A DNA stretch of 64,000 nt, from the NCBI GenBank assembly GCA_964399675.1, contig CAYNRK010000001.1, positions 424 to 64,423 of the forward strand. The letters run 5' to 3'. The stretch comes from an uncultured Gammaproteobacteria bacterium. GTDB lineage: Bacteria; Patescibacteriota; Patescibacteriia; UBA9934; GWF2-40-263. The notes under the pieces were generated by a model. The model saw only the letters and a list, made by a program, of their open reading frames with translations. It had not been told where the DNA came from and searched no databases. Position numbers and translations under genes: made by a program. How positions within the stretch are numbered: position 1 is the stretch's first letter; each line of letters begins with the position of its first letter. Shown here in pieces: positions 18,514-28,060 of this stretch.

Positions 18514-20901
18514 ATGTTGAGTATGTCAACTCAAAGGAAAACAGAAGACTCTTTATTAAGTGCATCGCGTGGTTTGCTCTATGCATTGCTTTTTTTACTT
18601 CCTTTATTTTTTCTTCCAATAACCCTGGATATACTTGAGATAAACAAACAAACTCTTCTTTTAGTATTAGTCTTTGCATCAGCTCTTTTGTGGATTGGAT
18701 CAATGATGAAAAATAAACAGTTTGTTTTCAGACGAGGTTGGATAAATATATTTCCTGTTTTATTACTTGCTGGAATGGTTGTCTCTGCTTTTTATTCAGT
18801 AGCACCTTACCTTTCTTGGGTTGGTTCAATGACGCAGGAGTACACAAGCGCTCTTACAGCATTTGGAGGAGTAATACTTTTTTACTTGTTAGTTAACACA
18901 ACCCATGAGCGCGCTGCACATCGAATAGTTCATTTTTGGTTACTGTTAAGCGCTGTGATTGTTGGGCTTGTTGGTTCGCTTTCAATAATGGGGGCTTCTG
19001 TTTTCTCATTTTCGTTTGCGCAAAATCTTGTTTTCAACACAATTGGATCGCTAAGCACATTTGCGATTTATTTAGTTATCATGACAATTTTTGCTGGTGC
19101 TCTTCTTGTCTCTCACAAAAAACAAGACGCACTTTTGCATAACGGTTTTTTGGGTTTTGTGGAGCACCTCATGATCGTCTTGTTATTTTTGATAACGTTC
19201 TTTGTTTTGCTGGTAATTGACTTTGCACTACTTTGGCTCATCTTTTCACTTGGCATTATCTTTTTGATGATTTTTGCATTGTTTCGCGCAAAGGATTTTC
19301 AAAGCTCTTCCAAGTTTATTCTTCCTGTTCTTCTGTTGCTCTTAGGACTTCCGTTTTGGTTTTGGTTTTCTTCCCCATTTAATATTTCCCTTCCTGTTGA
19401 GGTTGTTCAAACTCACACAGCAAGCATGGGAATTGCCAATAGTGCACTTCAATCTTTTTCAAGTTCATATGGATCAGGGCCTGGAACATATTTATTTGAT
19501 TACACAATGTTTCATGACGCAGGGATCAATGAAACCAATTTTTGGAATACACGGTTTGATCGCAGCTCATCCTTTTATACAACACTTCTTGCAACAACAG
19601 GTTTTATAGGTACAGGTGTATGGCTTTTGTTTATACTTGTTTTGGCTCTTAGATCTCTTCAACAAATCATAAAACCTCAATCGCGAGAAGAATGGCTGCA
19701 AAGCTTTGTTGCGTTTATGCCATGGCTTACACTTGTTGTGGCATCATTCCTGTATCCATTCAACATGACTCTAATGTTTTTATTTTTTGCTTTTTCCGGT
19801 TTGCTTGGTTCGCAAGTTATTACAAAGACGCTTAAGAAATCATACTCACAAGCACCCTCTCTTGCTCTACTTTTCTCCGCAGTCTTTATGATAGGCTCGC
19901 TTGTTTTTTTGGTGGGAATTTTTGTTACTGCACAACGATATGGGGCTGAGATAGCTTATGCCAAGGCAGTTCGTTTGGATCGAGATGGGGCCAGTACTGA
20001 AGATGTGGTCAAATATTTAGACAAAGCAGCAACATGGAATCGTTTTCATGATGGGTATTACCGATCATTGGCTCGAACACTTCTATTGCGAGTGGACGAT
20101 TATATTAGCGAGTCTTCCTCTGGTGTTCAGATGACAGAAGAGTCGCGGAGTTATGTTCAGGGGATTGTTGCTTCATCTGTGAACGCGGCTGTTCGAGCAA
20201 CAGAGCTCTCTCCTTATAATGTTCAAAATTGGCTTACTCGCGGAGTTGTTTATCAAGAGCTTATGCCTCTTATGTCTGATGCAGAAGGTTTTGCTATTGA
20301 GGCACACACAAAAGCGGTTGAGCTTGAGCCATTCAATCCAAGTCATTGGACAGAGCTTGGACAAACATATCTTTCAGCTGCTGAATTAAAACGGCCACTA
20401 ACAGTTGCAGAGGATAAGAGTGTTTCTGAACAGGCAAAAGTTGATTTGCAGGAAATGTTACAAAAAGCTCATCAATCTTTTCAAAAAGCCATTGAACTTC
20501 GACCGGCGTATTCACCAGCGCATTATCAGGTGGCAGTTGCTCTTGAGCGTGAAGGAAAACTGGATGAAGCTGTAGGAAAAATGGAGGCAGTTGCCAAGTA
20601 CAATCAATTGGATGTTGGTGTGGCATTCCAGCTCGGGCTTCTTTATTTAAGACGCGGAGGTGAACTGGATCTTAAGCGTGCAAAAAATTCTTTTGAATAT
20701 GCAATCTCGCTTGCTCCGGCATATGCAAATGCAAGATGGTTCCTGGCTTCTATTTATGAGCGTGAAAAGGATTTTGCAGCCGCTGCTCATCAGGTTGAAA
20801 AAGTCCTTGAGTTGGATCCTGGCAATGAGCTGGTAAAGACCAGATTAGATAGATTGCTAACAGGACAGGTTACAAAAGGTTTGCCAGAGTCTCTTAAATA
20901 A
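18514..20901 (+). CDS. Polytopic membrane protein (O-antigen-ligase/Wzy-like region) with a C-terminal TPR-repeat domain
   Basis: Probable start is the ATG at 18514 (MLSMSTQRK...), because the ORF-track start at 18400 lies inside the hairpin repeat. More than 10 hydrophobic helices, followed by TPR-like repeats ('AIELRPAYSPAHYQVAVALEREGKLDEA', 'AISLAPAYANARWFLASIYEREKDFAAA'). Confidence 0.6.
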   Translation: MLSMSTQRKTEDSLLSASRGLLYALLFLLPLFFLPITLDILEINKQTLLLVLVFASALLWIGSMMKNKQFVFRRGWINIFPVLLLAGMVVSAFYSVAPYLSWVGSMTQEYTSALTAFGGVILFYLLVNTTHERAAHRIVHFWLLLSAVIVGLVGSLSIMGASVFSFSFAQNLVFNTIGSLSTFAIYLVIMTIFAGALLVSHKKQDALLHNGFLGFVEHLMIVLLFLITFFVLLVIDFALLWLIFSLGIIFLMIFALFRAKDFQSSSKFILPVLLLLLGLPFWFWFSSPFNISLPVEVVQTHTASMGIANSALQSFSSSYGSGPGTYLFDYTMFHDAGINETNFWNTRFDRSSSFYTTLLATTGFIGTGVWLLFILVLALRSLQQIIKPQSREEWLQSFVAFMPWLTLVVASFLYPFNMTLMFLFFAFSGLLGSQVITKTLKKSYSQAPSLALLFSAVFMIGSLVFLVGIFVTAQRYGAEIAYAKAVRLDRDGASTEDVVKYLDKAATWNRFHDGYYRSLARTLLLRVDDYISESSSGVQMTEESRSYVQGIVASSVNAAVRATELSPYNVQNWLTRGVVYQELMPLMSDAEGFAIEAHTKAVELEPFNPSHWTELGQTYLSAAELKRPLTVAEDKSVSEQAKVDLQEMLQKAHQSFQKAIELRPAYSPAHYQVAVALEREGKLDEAVGKMEAVAKYNQLDVGVAFQLGLLYLRRGGELDLKRAKNSFEYAISLAPAYANARWFLASIYEREKDFAAAAHQVEKVLELDPGNELVKTRLDRLLTGQVTKGLPESLK

Positions 20902-20951
20902 AAACCCGTGTAAAGCACACGGGTTTTTTGATCGAGCTTAGCTCGATTTTT
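20902..20951 (+). terminator. Tandem rho-independent terminators
   Basis: aaacccgtgt-aaagc-acacgggttttttg, followed immediately by atcgagc-tta-gctcgatttttt. Confidence 0.65.
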
Positions 20952-21413
20952 TACTTGGCAAAAATTTTGTTGACTGTTAGGATAGCTCGGACGGTTGAGG
21001 GCGGTGTTGCGCTTTCACAAATGACCATCTTCAGGCACAAATCGACGGGCAGCGTTAAGGTGGGAATCCCCGCTGAACACAAGTCGGTCTTTTATGCAGC
21101 AGCGCAAGCGGCTGTTCACAGTGTCTGGATGTTAAGGAGTGTCATGCGCAACGCAAACTCAGATCGTCGTTACCAATGTGGTGCTGGTGGTTGCAGTGCC
21201 CCCACCTGGCCGGATCCCGTGTTCTTCCCGTCGCTCTTGGGTCACGTACCCAGGCCGCGGCGCTTTGAGCGAGGATTCGTGCCCTGGCGGCGCTGGAGCA
21301 AGCTGGTTCCGCAGAAGTAGCGGTCAGCCGTCAGGTCGTCCGTGCGCGGGTACGCTGCGTGCGGGCGACCACTTCTTAGATCACCACAGTCCATCCCAAA
21401 AGGGGGAGACACG

Positions 21414-22349
21414 ATGAGTAAATTCGTCGAGATGCTTCAGGCTCGCTGGCAAGCGGGCAAGTTCACCTGTGTTGGCCTGGATCCCAGGCTTGCGCAGATC
21501 CACGAGAGCATCAGTGGAGAAACAGGTGCCTTGCGTCTGTACCGCTTTTGCATGAAAATCGTTGAGGCAACGGCAGCTTATGCCCTCTGCTTCAAGCCGA
21601 ACATCGCGTTCTGGCTGAGGGTTCCAGAAGGAGATAGAGCACTCAGGTCGCTCATCGAGCACGTCCGTTCGAGGTATCGACATGTACCAATCGTTCTGGA
21701 CCACAAGCTCGGGGACATCGGCTCCACCAACGAGGCGTACGCAGACTACGCGCTCGACGAGATGGGGGCTGATGCTGTCACGCTCAATCCGTACCTGGGC
21801 GCTGGTGCGAATGCTCCGTTCCTCGATCGCGAAGACAGGGGCTGCGTCTGGTTGTGCAAGACGTCCAACCCTGGTGCCGAGGAGTTCCAGGACCGGCAAG
21901 TCGTCGTGCACGGCGAAGAGCTCGCGCGCGTGAACGACACCCCGACCGGTGCCGTGCTCGAGCAGTTCGAGGATACGGACGTTCACACACTTCTGCTCCA
22001 CCAGCTCGTGGCGCACAACGTCACCCACAACTGGAACCGAAACGGGAACTGCGCGCTCGTGACCGGAGCCACGTTCCTCTCGGACATGGCACTCGTTCGC
22101 AAGATCGTCGGCGAGATGCCACTGCTCATTCCCGGGATCGGCAAGCAGACCGAGGGCCAGCCTGATGTGCTCGGGTCCACGGTCGAGGCCGGCATGAGCC
22201 CCGAAGGTGTGGGCATGATCATCAGCTCCAGCCGCGGTGTCATCCACAAGTCCACAGAAGCGGACTTCGCTGACGCGGCAGCGGTTGAGGTGATCCGGCT
22301 CAACACCGAGATCAACGCGGCTCGCGAGGCACTCCTGGCTGCAGCCTAG
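21414..22349 (+). CDS. pyrF: Orotidine-5'-phosphate decarboxylase, long type-2 form. High-GC gene in a low-GC genome
   Basis: Strong SD (aaagggggag) 5 nt before the ATG at 21414. 'KFTCVGLDP' and 'PIVLDHKLGDIGSTNEAYA' match the type-2 ODCase D-x-K-R/L-G-D-I-G-x-T signature. GC by eye exceeds 60%, versus approx 40% in the flanks. The antisense ORF 21381..22373 is rejected. Confidence 0.75.
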   Translation: MSKFVEMLQARWQAGKFTCVGLDPRLAQIHESISGETGALRLYRFCMKIVEATAAYALCFKPNIAFWLRVPEGDRALRSLIEHVRSRYRHVPIVLDHKLGDIGSTNEAYADYALDEMGADAVTLNPYLGAGANAPFLDREDRGCVWLCKTSNPGAEEFQDRQVVVHGEELARVNDTPTGAVLEQFEDTDVHTLLLHQLVAHNVTHNWNRNGNCALVTGATFLSDMALVRKIVGEMPLLIPGIGKQTEGQPDVLGSTVEAGMSPEGVGMIISSSRGVIHKSTEADFADAAAVEVIRLNTEINAAREALLAAA

Positions 22350-22380
22350 CCTCAGAGGCAACTGCTTCATCAACTCTCAC

Positions 22381-22407
22381 GAACGACTCGCCCGAGTCGT
22401 TCTTTCT
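22381..22407 (+). terminator. Rho-independent terminator after pyrF
   Basis: gaacgactcg-ccc-gagtcgttc followed by tttcta. Confidence 0.6.
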
Positions 22408-22423
22408 ATTACGGCTTAATATT

Positions 22424-22519
22424 GCGTCTTTGCGAGGAAGCCCGTCAGACGGGCTGACGAAGCAATCTCCGCATAACGGGGATTGCCGCGTCGGCTTTTG
22501 GGCTCCTCGCAATGACACA
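22424..22519. repeat. Long imperfect hairpin repeat (MITE-like), copy 1 of 3
   Basis: Left arm 'tcTTTGCGAGGAaGCCC..GACGAAGCAATCtCCG' pairs with right arm 'CGGggATTGCcgCGTCggc..GGGCTCCTCGCAATGACACA'. It shares TIR-like ends (TTGCGAGGAG / CTCCTCGCAATGACAC) and the core GACGAAGCAATC with the copies at 24424 and 32535. Confidence 0.6.
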
Positions 22520-22566
22520 GGAGAGGTTGAGTAAAACCAAGATTTCTTATACTCTATCCTCAGCAC

Positions 22567-22642
22567 GGGCCCTTGGCGAAGTTGGTATCGCGCTTGCATG
22601 GCATGCAAGAGATCGCGGGTTCGAGCCCCGCAGGGTCCACCA
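22567..22642 (+). tRNA. tRNA-Ala (anticodon GGC), CCA encoded
   Basis: Full manual fold. Acceptor gggccct/agggtcc with G3:U70, D-stem gcga/tcgc, anticodon stem cttgc/gcaag with loop atGGCat, T-arm gcggg-ttcgagc-cccgc. Confidence 0.85.
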
Positions 22643-22737
22643 CCGAGCTGAGCTCGGTTGACTGCAAAAAAGCAAAGCTGAGCTTTGCTGCAGGTCATCC
22701 GTGTATTCTTCAGCGAGGCAGTCGAGCTGAGCTCGAC
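22643..22737. promoter_or_regulatory. Three spaced perfect palindromes sharing the core AGCTGAGCT: ccgagctgagctcgg at 22643-22657, gcaaagctgagctttgc at 22672-22688 and gtcgagctgagctcgac at 22721-22737
   Basis: Seen directly. They lie between the tRNA-Ala 3' end and an AT-rich -10 (tttaatataat) upstream of the gene at 22776. They could be operator sites or tRNA-flank hairpins. Confidence 0.4.
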
Positions 22738-22775
22738 GTGGCAAGCCAATCAAAAATTTAATATAATCAGAAAAT

Positions 22776-23567
22776 ATGGATAAGACCAAACTATTTTTCG
22801 TAATCGCAATGGTTATCATTGTGGCAATTATAATTGCGGTTTCACAGAAAGACCAAATCATTTCTGTAACCAATTTTGAGGAATGCATAGACGCTGGCAA
22901 TCCAGCAATGGAAAGCTATCCAAGGCAATGTCGTCATAATGACAGAACATACACTGAAGACATTAGTGACAAAACAAAAGAAGTTAAACCCATTTATGTC
23001 TCTACTCCAAAGCCAAACGATATTATTACAAGTCCTTTGACTATAAAAGGAAAAGCAATTGGTACATGGTTTTTTGAAGGAGACTTTCCGGTTATGCTAA
23101 CTGATTGGGATGGCAAAATTATTGCTGAAGGATTTGCTGCGGCAAAAGGTGATTGGATGACAGATGAGTTTGTGCCATTTACTACTTCGCTTGAGTTTGT
23201 TAATCCTGAATATCGCAACAATGGAACTTTGATTTTGCAAAAGGACAATCCATCAGATTTGCCTGAACTCGATGATGCGCTTGAAGTATCGATTTATTTT
23301 GAGGAGCAAGAAGATGTTGGTCCAAAGCTTCCAAAAGACAAGGCTTATAAAATTGCAGATGATAGTGAAGAATGTTCAATGGCTGGAATTGCAAAAGAGG
23401 ATCACGTTTATAATGAGATTACAAAAACTTGGTGGATTGATTTGGAAAGAGAACCAGAACTTGAAAAGGACGGATGCAATCCAGCGTGTGTTGTTAATGA
23501 GGAAACCTTAGAAGCAGAAGTAAATTGGAGATGTACCGGCCTTATTCCAGAGGAAGAAATCGAATAA
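22776..23567 (+). CDS. Membrane-anchored protein with a Gmad2-like immunoglobulin-type domain
   Basis: N-terminal TM (FFVIAMVIIVAIIIAV). 'ITSPLTIKGKAIGTWFFEGDFPVMLTDWDGKIIAEGFAAAKGDWMTDEFVPF' resembles the Gmad2 Ig-like fold. Acidic C-terminus with Cys pairs. Confidence 0.45.
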   Translation: MDKTKLFFVIAMVIIVAIIIAVSQKDQIISVTNFEECIDAGNPAMESYPRQCRHNDRTYTEDISDKTKEVKPIYVSTPKPNDIITSPLTIKGKAIGTWFFEGDFPVMLTDWDGKIIAEGFAAAKGDWMTDEFVPFTTSLEFVNPEYRNNGTLILQKDNPSDLPELDDALEVSIYFEEQEDVGPKLPKDKAYKIADDSEECSMAGIAKEDHVYNEITKTWWIDLEREPELEKDGCNPACVVNEETLEAEVNWRCTGLIPEEEIE

Positions 23568-23662
23568 TTAAATTAAAAAATACCTCAGTATTGTCTGGGG
23601 TGTTTTTTGTTTGACGAATAACACAGGACTAGATATGATCATTTCGCAACCCGGAGGATGCA

Positions 23663-24331
23663 ATGGAACATCACTTTTCGTCAGACCTACAAGAGCTCGC
23701 TCGGCAACTGCTCGAGATTGGGGCCGTGAAGTTTGGAAGCTTCCAACTCAAGCTTCACGAGACCAAGCCGGATGCACCGCTCTCGCCCATCTACTTCAAC
23801 CTGCGAACAGAGGACAACCCCAACCCTGGGCCGCTCACCGCGCGCGAGCTGGATCTGATCGCGAAGATCTTCGCGAGGATGATCATGCAGCAGGTGCTGC
23901 GGTTCGATGGCATCTGCGGCATCCCGAACGCAGGAACGCCTCTTGCACAAGTGCTCGGTGTCCAATGTACAGCTCATCCGCTCGTGACTCTGCGCAAGAC
24001 CACGGGCGAGAGCAGTCGCAAGATCGACGCTGTTCTCGATCGCGGAGGACTTGGGTCAGGTGCACGCATCCTGCTCCTGGACGATGTGATCACAGGAGCG
24101 GACACCAAGAAGGAGGCTTTGGCTGTTCTACGGGAAGCCGGCTTCCAGGTCACCGAGCTTCTCGTGGTCGTGGACCGAGAGCAGTCCGATGGCGTGGCAA
24201 CGCTCGCGGCAGACGACTGCACTACCCGTGCCATCTTCACCATGAGCGAGCTGCTCGACTTCTATGTGCACATCGGGTGGATCACGCCGGACAAGCAAGC
24301 CGAGGTTCTCGCCTACATCGCGGCCAACTAG
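23663..24331 (+). CDS. pyrE: Type-I phosphoribosyltransferase, orotate phosphoribosyltransferase-like. High-GC gene
   Basis: PRPP-binding motif 'ILLLDDVITGADTKKEA'. The N-terminal 'FGSFQLKLHETKPDAPLSPIYFNLR' resembles the OPRT 'FGEFTLKSG..SPYYFD' region. At 222 aa it fits PyrE. High GC. The overlapping out-of-frame ORF 23611..24393 is rejected. Substrate assignment (orotate versus another base) is inferred. Confidence 0.6.
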   Translation: MEHHFSSDLQELARQLLEIGAVKFGSFQLKLHETKPDAPLSPIYFNLRTEDNPNPGPLTARELDLIAKIFARMIMQQVLRFDGICGIPNAGTPLAQVLGVQCTAHPLVTLRKTTGESSRKIDAVLDRGGLGSGARILLLDDVITGADTKKEALAVLREAGFQVTELLVVVDREQSDGVATLAADDCTTRAIFTMSELLDFYVHIGWITPDKQAEVLAYIAAN

Positions 24332-24423
24332 TCCCCCCGAAGCTCGAAGAGCGAAGGGGGATTTCTGTTTCTCGACACTTTTTAATTTTGTAGATATACT
24401 CTTTTTGTTATTATCATTTTCTT

Positions 24424-24545
24424 GCGTCGTTGCGAGGAAGGAGGCCTCAAGCCGACTGACGAAGCAATCTCCGTGGAAGGCGCACGGAGATTGCTTCGTC
24501 GGCTTGCCGGCCTCCTCGCAACGACGCCGTGAGGGCAATGACACA
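24424..24545. repeat. Long hairpin repeat (MITE-like), copy 2 of 3, lying in the ychF 5' leader
   Basis: Nearly perfect approx 50-bp arms: gcgtcgttgcgaggaAggaggccTcaagccgacTgacgaagcaatctccgtg / cacggagattgcttcgtcggcttgccggcctcctcgcaacgacgc. The tail gggcaatgacaca ends 9 nt before the ychF ATG. Confidence 0.65.
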
Positions 24546-24553
24546 AAAAATTT

Positions 24554-25594
24554 ATGCTTCAAGTCGGAATCGTTGGGCTTCCAAATGTTGGCAAGTCCAC
24601 ACTTTTTAAAACACTTACCAAAAAGCAAGTTGATTGCGAGAACTTCCCTTTTTGCACCATTGAGCCAAATGTTGGTGTTGTTGAGGTTCCGGATGAACGT
24701 CTTGAAAAGCTTGCAACAATGTCTCGTTCAGAAAAAATTATTCCAACCGCAATTGAATTTTTGGATATTGCCGGACTTGTAAAAGGCGCGCATAAAGGAG
24801 AAGGACTTGGAAATCAATTTCTTTCAAACATTAGAAACGTTGACATGATCGTTCATGTGATCCGTGCTTTTGAGGATGAAAACGTTCACCATGTTGATGG
24901 TTCAATTGATCCAAAGCGGGATACAGAAACTATTGAAACAGAACTTGCAATGGCAGATCTTGAAACAGTTGAAAAGCGTTTGAATAATGTTCAATCAAAA
25001 ATGAAAGCTGGCAGAACAAAAGAATTGGAAGCCGAAGAGCACATCATCAAACAATTACTTGGTGCGGTTAGTGAAGGGAAGATGGCAAATACTGTTGAGC
25101 TTTCAGAAGACGAGGAAAAGATTGTAAAGTCTTTGAATCTTTTAACTCGCAAGCCGATTCTTTATATTCAAAACATTGCTGATGACAATGTCTCAGAAGA
25201 TTTTTCAATAAATTTTAAACTCGAGTCAGAGATTGTTGAAATGCCAGAGGAAGAGCAAGAAGAATTTTTGCGTGAGCTTGGACTTGAGCAGTCAGGGCTT
25301 GATCGGTTGATTACTGAATGTTATAAAAAGTTGGATCTAATTACCTTTCTAACAACCGGGGAACAAGAAACAAGAGCTTGGACTGTTAAAAAAGGTTCCA
25401 AAGCTCCTGTTGCTGCCGGAGTGATTCACACTGATTTTGAAAAAGCATTCATCCGCGCAGAGATAATTACTTATGAAGATTTTGTTGCCCTCGGTGGGGA
25501 GGCTGGAGCAAAAGAAGCTGGTAAGCAAAGAATTGAAGGAAAAGAGTATGTGATTCAAGATGGGGACGTGTGCCACTTCAGAGTTGGAGTATAA
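24554..25594 (+). CDS. ychF: Ribosome-binding ATPase YchF (Obg-family P-loop NTPase)
   Basis: 'MLQVGIVGLPNVGKSTLF' G1 motif, 'FCTIEPNVG' and 'DIAGLVKGA' YchF signatures, C-terminal TGS-like end. Confidence 0.85.
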   Translation: MLQVGIVGLPNVGKSTLFKTLTKKQVDCENFPFCTIEPNVGVVEVPDERLEKLATMSRSEKIIPTAIEFLDIAGLVKGAHKGEGLGNQFLSNIRNVDMIVHVIRAFEDENVHHVDGSIDPKRDTETIETELAMADLETVEKRLNNVQSKMKAGRTKELEAEEHIIKQLLGAVSEGKMANTVELSEDEEKIVKSLNLLTRKPILYIQNIADDNVSEDFSINFKLESEIVEMPEEEQEEFLRELGLEQSGLDRLITECYKKLDLITFLTTGEQETRAWTVKKGSKAPVAAGVIHTDFEKAFIRAEIITYEDFVALGGEAGAKEAGKQRIEGKEYVIQDGDVCHFRVGV

Positions 25595-25647
25595 CTGGCA
25601 AAAATTTCAAATCAAAAAATGACGGCTGGCCGTCATTTTTTAGTTTC

Positions 25648-26745
25648 TTATATCAATTCATTTTCCAGAGTGATTTCTCCATGTAGATCCTCGATCATTA
25701 TTTGTTTAATGTCCTCATAGCTTTTCTTTTGACCAAGCAACCATCCTAACTTAACTGTCATTGCTTCAATGCTCATATCAAAAGCAGGAATTGCTAAATC
25801 GTTATCTCGTAAATGCTGCCCTGTTTCATTAACCTGAAAATTTGATACACCTCCAGGAGCCTGGGTTGTAACAACAATTGGGATTTTCTTTTCTTTCAAA
25901 TATTCAAACGCTGGAAATAAATGAGAGCTTGGATCACCTGCACCAAACGCCCGAAACACAAATGCTTTTATTCCATTGTTTTCTACCAGCGATTGAAAGA
26001 CATTCACTGACATTCCTGGGAACTCTGTAAAAGACGCAATGCTCTTTGTATCAAAATCTTTTTTAACACTCAGCACTCTTGATTGAACAGCCAATGCCTT
26101 TCTTTGAGACAGATACTTAACATGTTTTCTCATTGCTGCATCATCTATTCTCATGAACCTTCCAATGTTTCCTAAGGTTCCGGTTTGAAATGCTTTGAAC
26201 GGATCATAATCAAAATCAGTTCCTTTTTTTACTCTTGCGCCAGTAATTATTTTACTTCCAAAAACACAAATCACACCTTTAACTTCATGATAATCCCAAA
26301 CAGCTAAACGCAAAGCATTAACTAAGTTGGTCACAGCATCTGTTCCTAAATATCCCAAAGGTACTTGAGCTCCTGTGAGAATCACAGTCTTGTTTATATT
26401 TTCAAAAGCAAACGAAAGCGCTGCAGCTGTGTATCCCATTGTGTTTGTTCCGTGCAAGACAATAAAAGAATCATAGTCATCGTACTTTTCCTGAATTTCC
26501 GTTGCCAAGGTTGTCCAGTTTTCTGGTTGAATATTTGAACTATCAACATTAAACAACTCCACAATTGAAGGATTGATTTCAATGTTCCAATTCTTTTTAA
26601 CTATATCTACTGAGTTATTTAGAATTGAAAGAAAGCTGTTTGGATCAGATTTTGTATTTTGTGAAACATCGCTTTTTGCAACATTTCCAGCCACAGTCCC
26701 TCCGGTGAAAATTACCAATATTCTTTTTTGCGCGTATGTTGTCAT
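25648..26745 (-). CDS. ansA: L-asparaginase (type I family)
   Basis: N-terminal 'ILVIFTGGTVAG' asparaginase motif, a 'HGTNTM' block, and a length that fits the type I enzyme. Confidence 0.7.
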   Translation of the reverse strand: MTTYAQKRILVIFTGGTVAGNVAKSDVSQNTKSDPNSFLSILNNSVDIVKKNWNIEINPSIVELFNVDSSNIQPENWTTLATEIQEKYDDYDSFIVLHGTNTMGYTAAALSFAFENINKTVILTGAQVPLGYLGTDAVTNLVNALRLAVWDYHEVKGVICVFGSKIITGARVKKGTDFDYDPFKAFQTGTLGNIGRFMRIDDAAMRKHVKYLSQRKALAVQSRVLSVKKDFDTKSIASFTEFPGMSVNVFQSLVENNGIKAFVFRAFGAGDPSSHLFPAFEYLKEKKIPIVVTTQAPGGVSNFQVNETGQHLRDNDLAIPAFDMSIEAMTVKLGWLLGQKKSYEDIKQIMIEDLHGEITLENELI

Positions 26746-26778
26746 AGTTTTTTTGTTGTTGGGAGTAGGATAATATTT

Positions 26779-27981
26779 TTATAAAGAAAGCACAACAATT
26801 TCGCGGGCGATGTATTGTTTGTCGCGTTTATACAGATAGGAACCAATAAAATTAAAACCAATTTTTTCAAGCATAGATTTGAGCGGGAGTCTTTCAACAG
26901 AACCATCTGAAAGAACAAAAGCCGGAAAAGCTACAACAGCCATTCCGTCTTTTTTTAAAAGTTTGTGAAGTTCAACAAAAGAAGGTCGATACATGGACAA
27001 AAGATCTTTTGTAACTTTTTCTATTTTTGATTTGCGTATTGCACTTGATCGAGGTGTGCCAAGAAAAGTTTCAGTAACAATTAAATCAACCGGCTCTTGT
27101 ATGGATTCGGATAATGCTTCAGCCGAACTGACAAACAATTCTAAATCCTGATCCCACTTATGGGACGGTCGTCCCATAAGTGGGTCATAGGTTTCTTTGA
27201 GCCATTGAAGATTTTTTCGCGTATCATCAATTGCTTTTTCTGAAATATCTGACCCAATAACTTTTGTAAATCCTAAAAGCATTGCTTCCATAAGAATGGT
27301 TCCGGAGCCACAAAATGGATCCAAAAGTGGGCCGATCGTCTCATGATTTGATGAAGCAAGGTTGATCATCATGCGTGCGAGCTTTGGTGGAAGCATGCCT
27401 GACTTCGCGTCTCTTGCCGGTCGTCCAAAGTCTCGTTTTGACCATGCTTTAAAATCTTGAACAGTTTCAGTTTGACCGATCAGGATTTTATTTTTGCATG
27501 CAATAAACACAAATTCTCCACCTGATTCAAGTAATCCATTTTGTTTAACAATGACTGATGACAGCTTAGGTTCCTTTGAACTTACATATCGAACCGGGCG
27601 TCCTGTTTCTTTTAGAGCTTTCTTAATTTCTTTTCCAAGTTCCTTTAATGATTTTTCAATTCTTTTTCCAAGCTCTTTGTTCCCGTTGTCATAAACACTT
27701 AGCCCAAAAGAAATTTTATTTTTTCCAATGGCTTCTGAGGCAAAGCTGGCAATGAGTTCAGTGACATCTTTTATTTCATCCTGCTTTAGCTCGCCAATAA
27801 TATTTCCGATTTTTATAGTTCCAGCCAATCTGTTCTGAAGCTCCCCTAGATTATTTTTTACATCATCAAGCAACAGAATTTGGGAATCAGTGTTAATCCA
27901 CTCTTTAGGCGGATTTTCAATCACAGAATAAATTTCCTGAATTGATAACTTTGGATGAGATCCTAATATAAAATAGATCAT
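26779..27981 (-). CDS. Putative RNA (guanine-N2) methyltransferase, THUMP/Trm11/RlmL-like
   Basis: SAM motif I 'LLDPFCGSGTILMEA' and a downstream 'IGSDIS' motif II. The N-terminal approx 180 aa are a THUMP-like RNA-binding region. Confidence 0.55.
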   Translation of the reverse strand: MIYFILGSHPKLSIQEIYSVIENPPKEWINTDSQILLLDDVKNNLGELQNRLAGTIKIGNIIGELKQDEIKDVTELIASFASEAIGKNKISFGLSVYDNGNKELGKRIEKSLKELGKEIKKALKETGRPVRYVSSKEPKLSSVIVKQNGLLESGGEFVFIACKNKILIGQTETVQDFKAWSKRDFGRPARDAKSGMLPPKLARMMINLASSNHETIGPLLDPFCGSGTILMEAMLLGFTKVIGSDISEKAIDDTRKNLQWLKETYDPLMGRPSHKWDQDLELFVSSAEALSESIQEPVDLIVTETFLGTPRSSAIRKSKIEKVTKDLLSMYRPSFVELHKLLKKDGMAVVAFPAFVLSDGSVERLPLKSMLEKIGFNFIGSYLYKRDKQYIAREIVVLSL

Positions 27982-28060
27982 AACAAGCCCTACTATACAG
28001 CAGGGTTGACATTATCGGCAATTTATGGAAAAGTGTTCGGTCCTCAAACGGGAGGTCTAC

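Noticed and set aside
20956-21413. 130-aa ORF (20928-21320) and a possible PyrR-type attenuator in the 460-bp high-GC leader of pyrF
   Set aside because: The ORF has no SD and an off-frame-like composition. I could not find the conserved PyrR-binding loop (UCCAGAGAGG). The leader is more likely non-coding foreign DNA or a decayed gene fragment.
21381-22373. 330-aa antisense ORF overlapping pyrF, and the smaller ORFs at 21682-22315 on both strands
   Set aside because: High-GC DNA yields long ORFs on all frames. The plus-strand frame carries the unambiguous ODCase signature (DHKLGDIGST) and an SD. The antisense product is Arg/Leu/Cys-rich with no motif.
23611-24393. 260-aa ORF overlapping the PRTase gene in another frame
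   Set aside because: Its product is Arg/Gly/Ser-rich low complexity typical of an off-frame reading of high-GC DNA. The 23663..24331 frame has the PRPP-binding motif.
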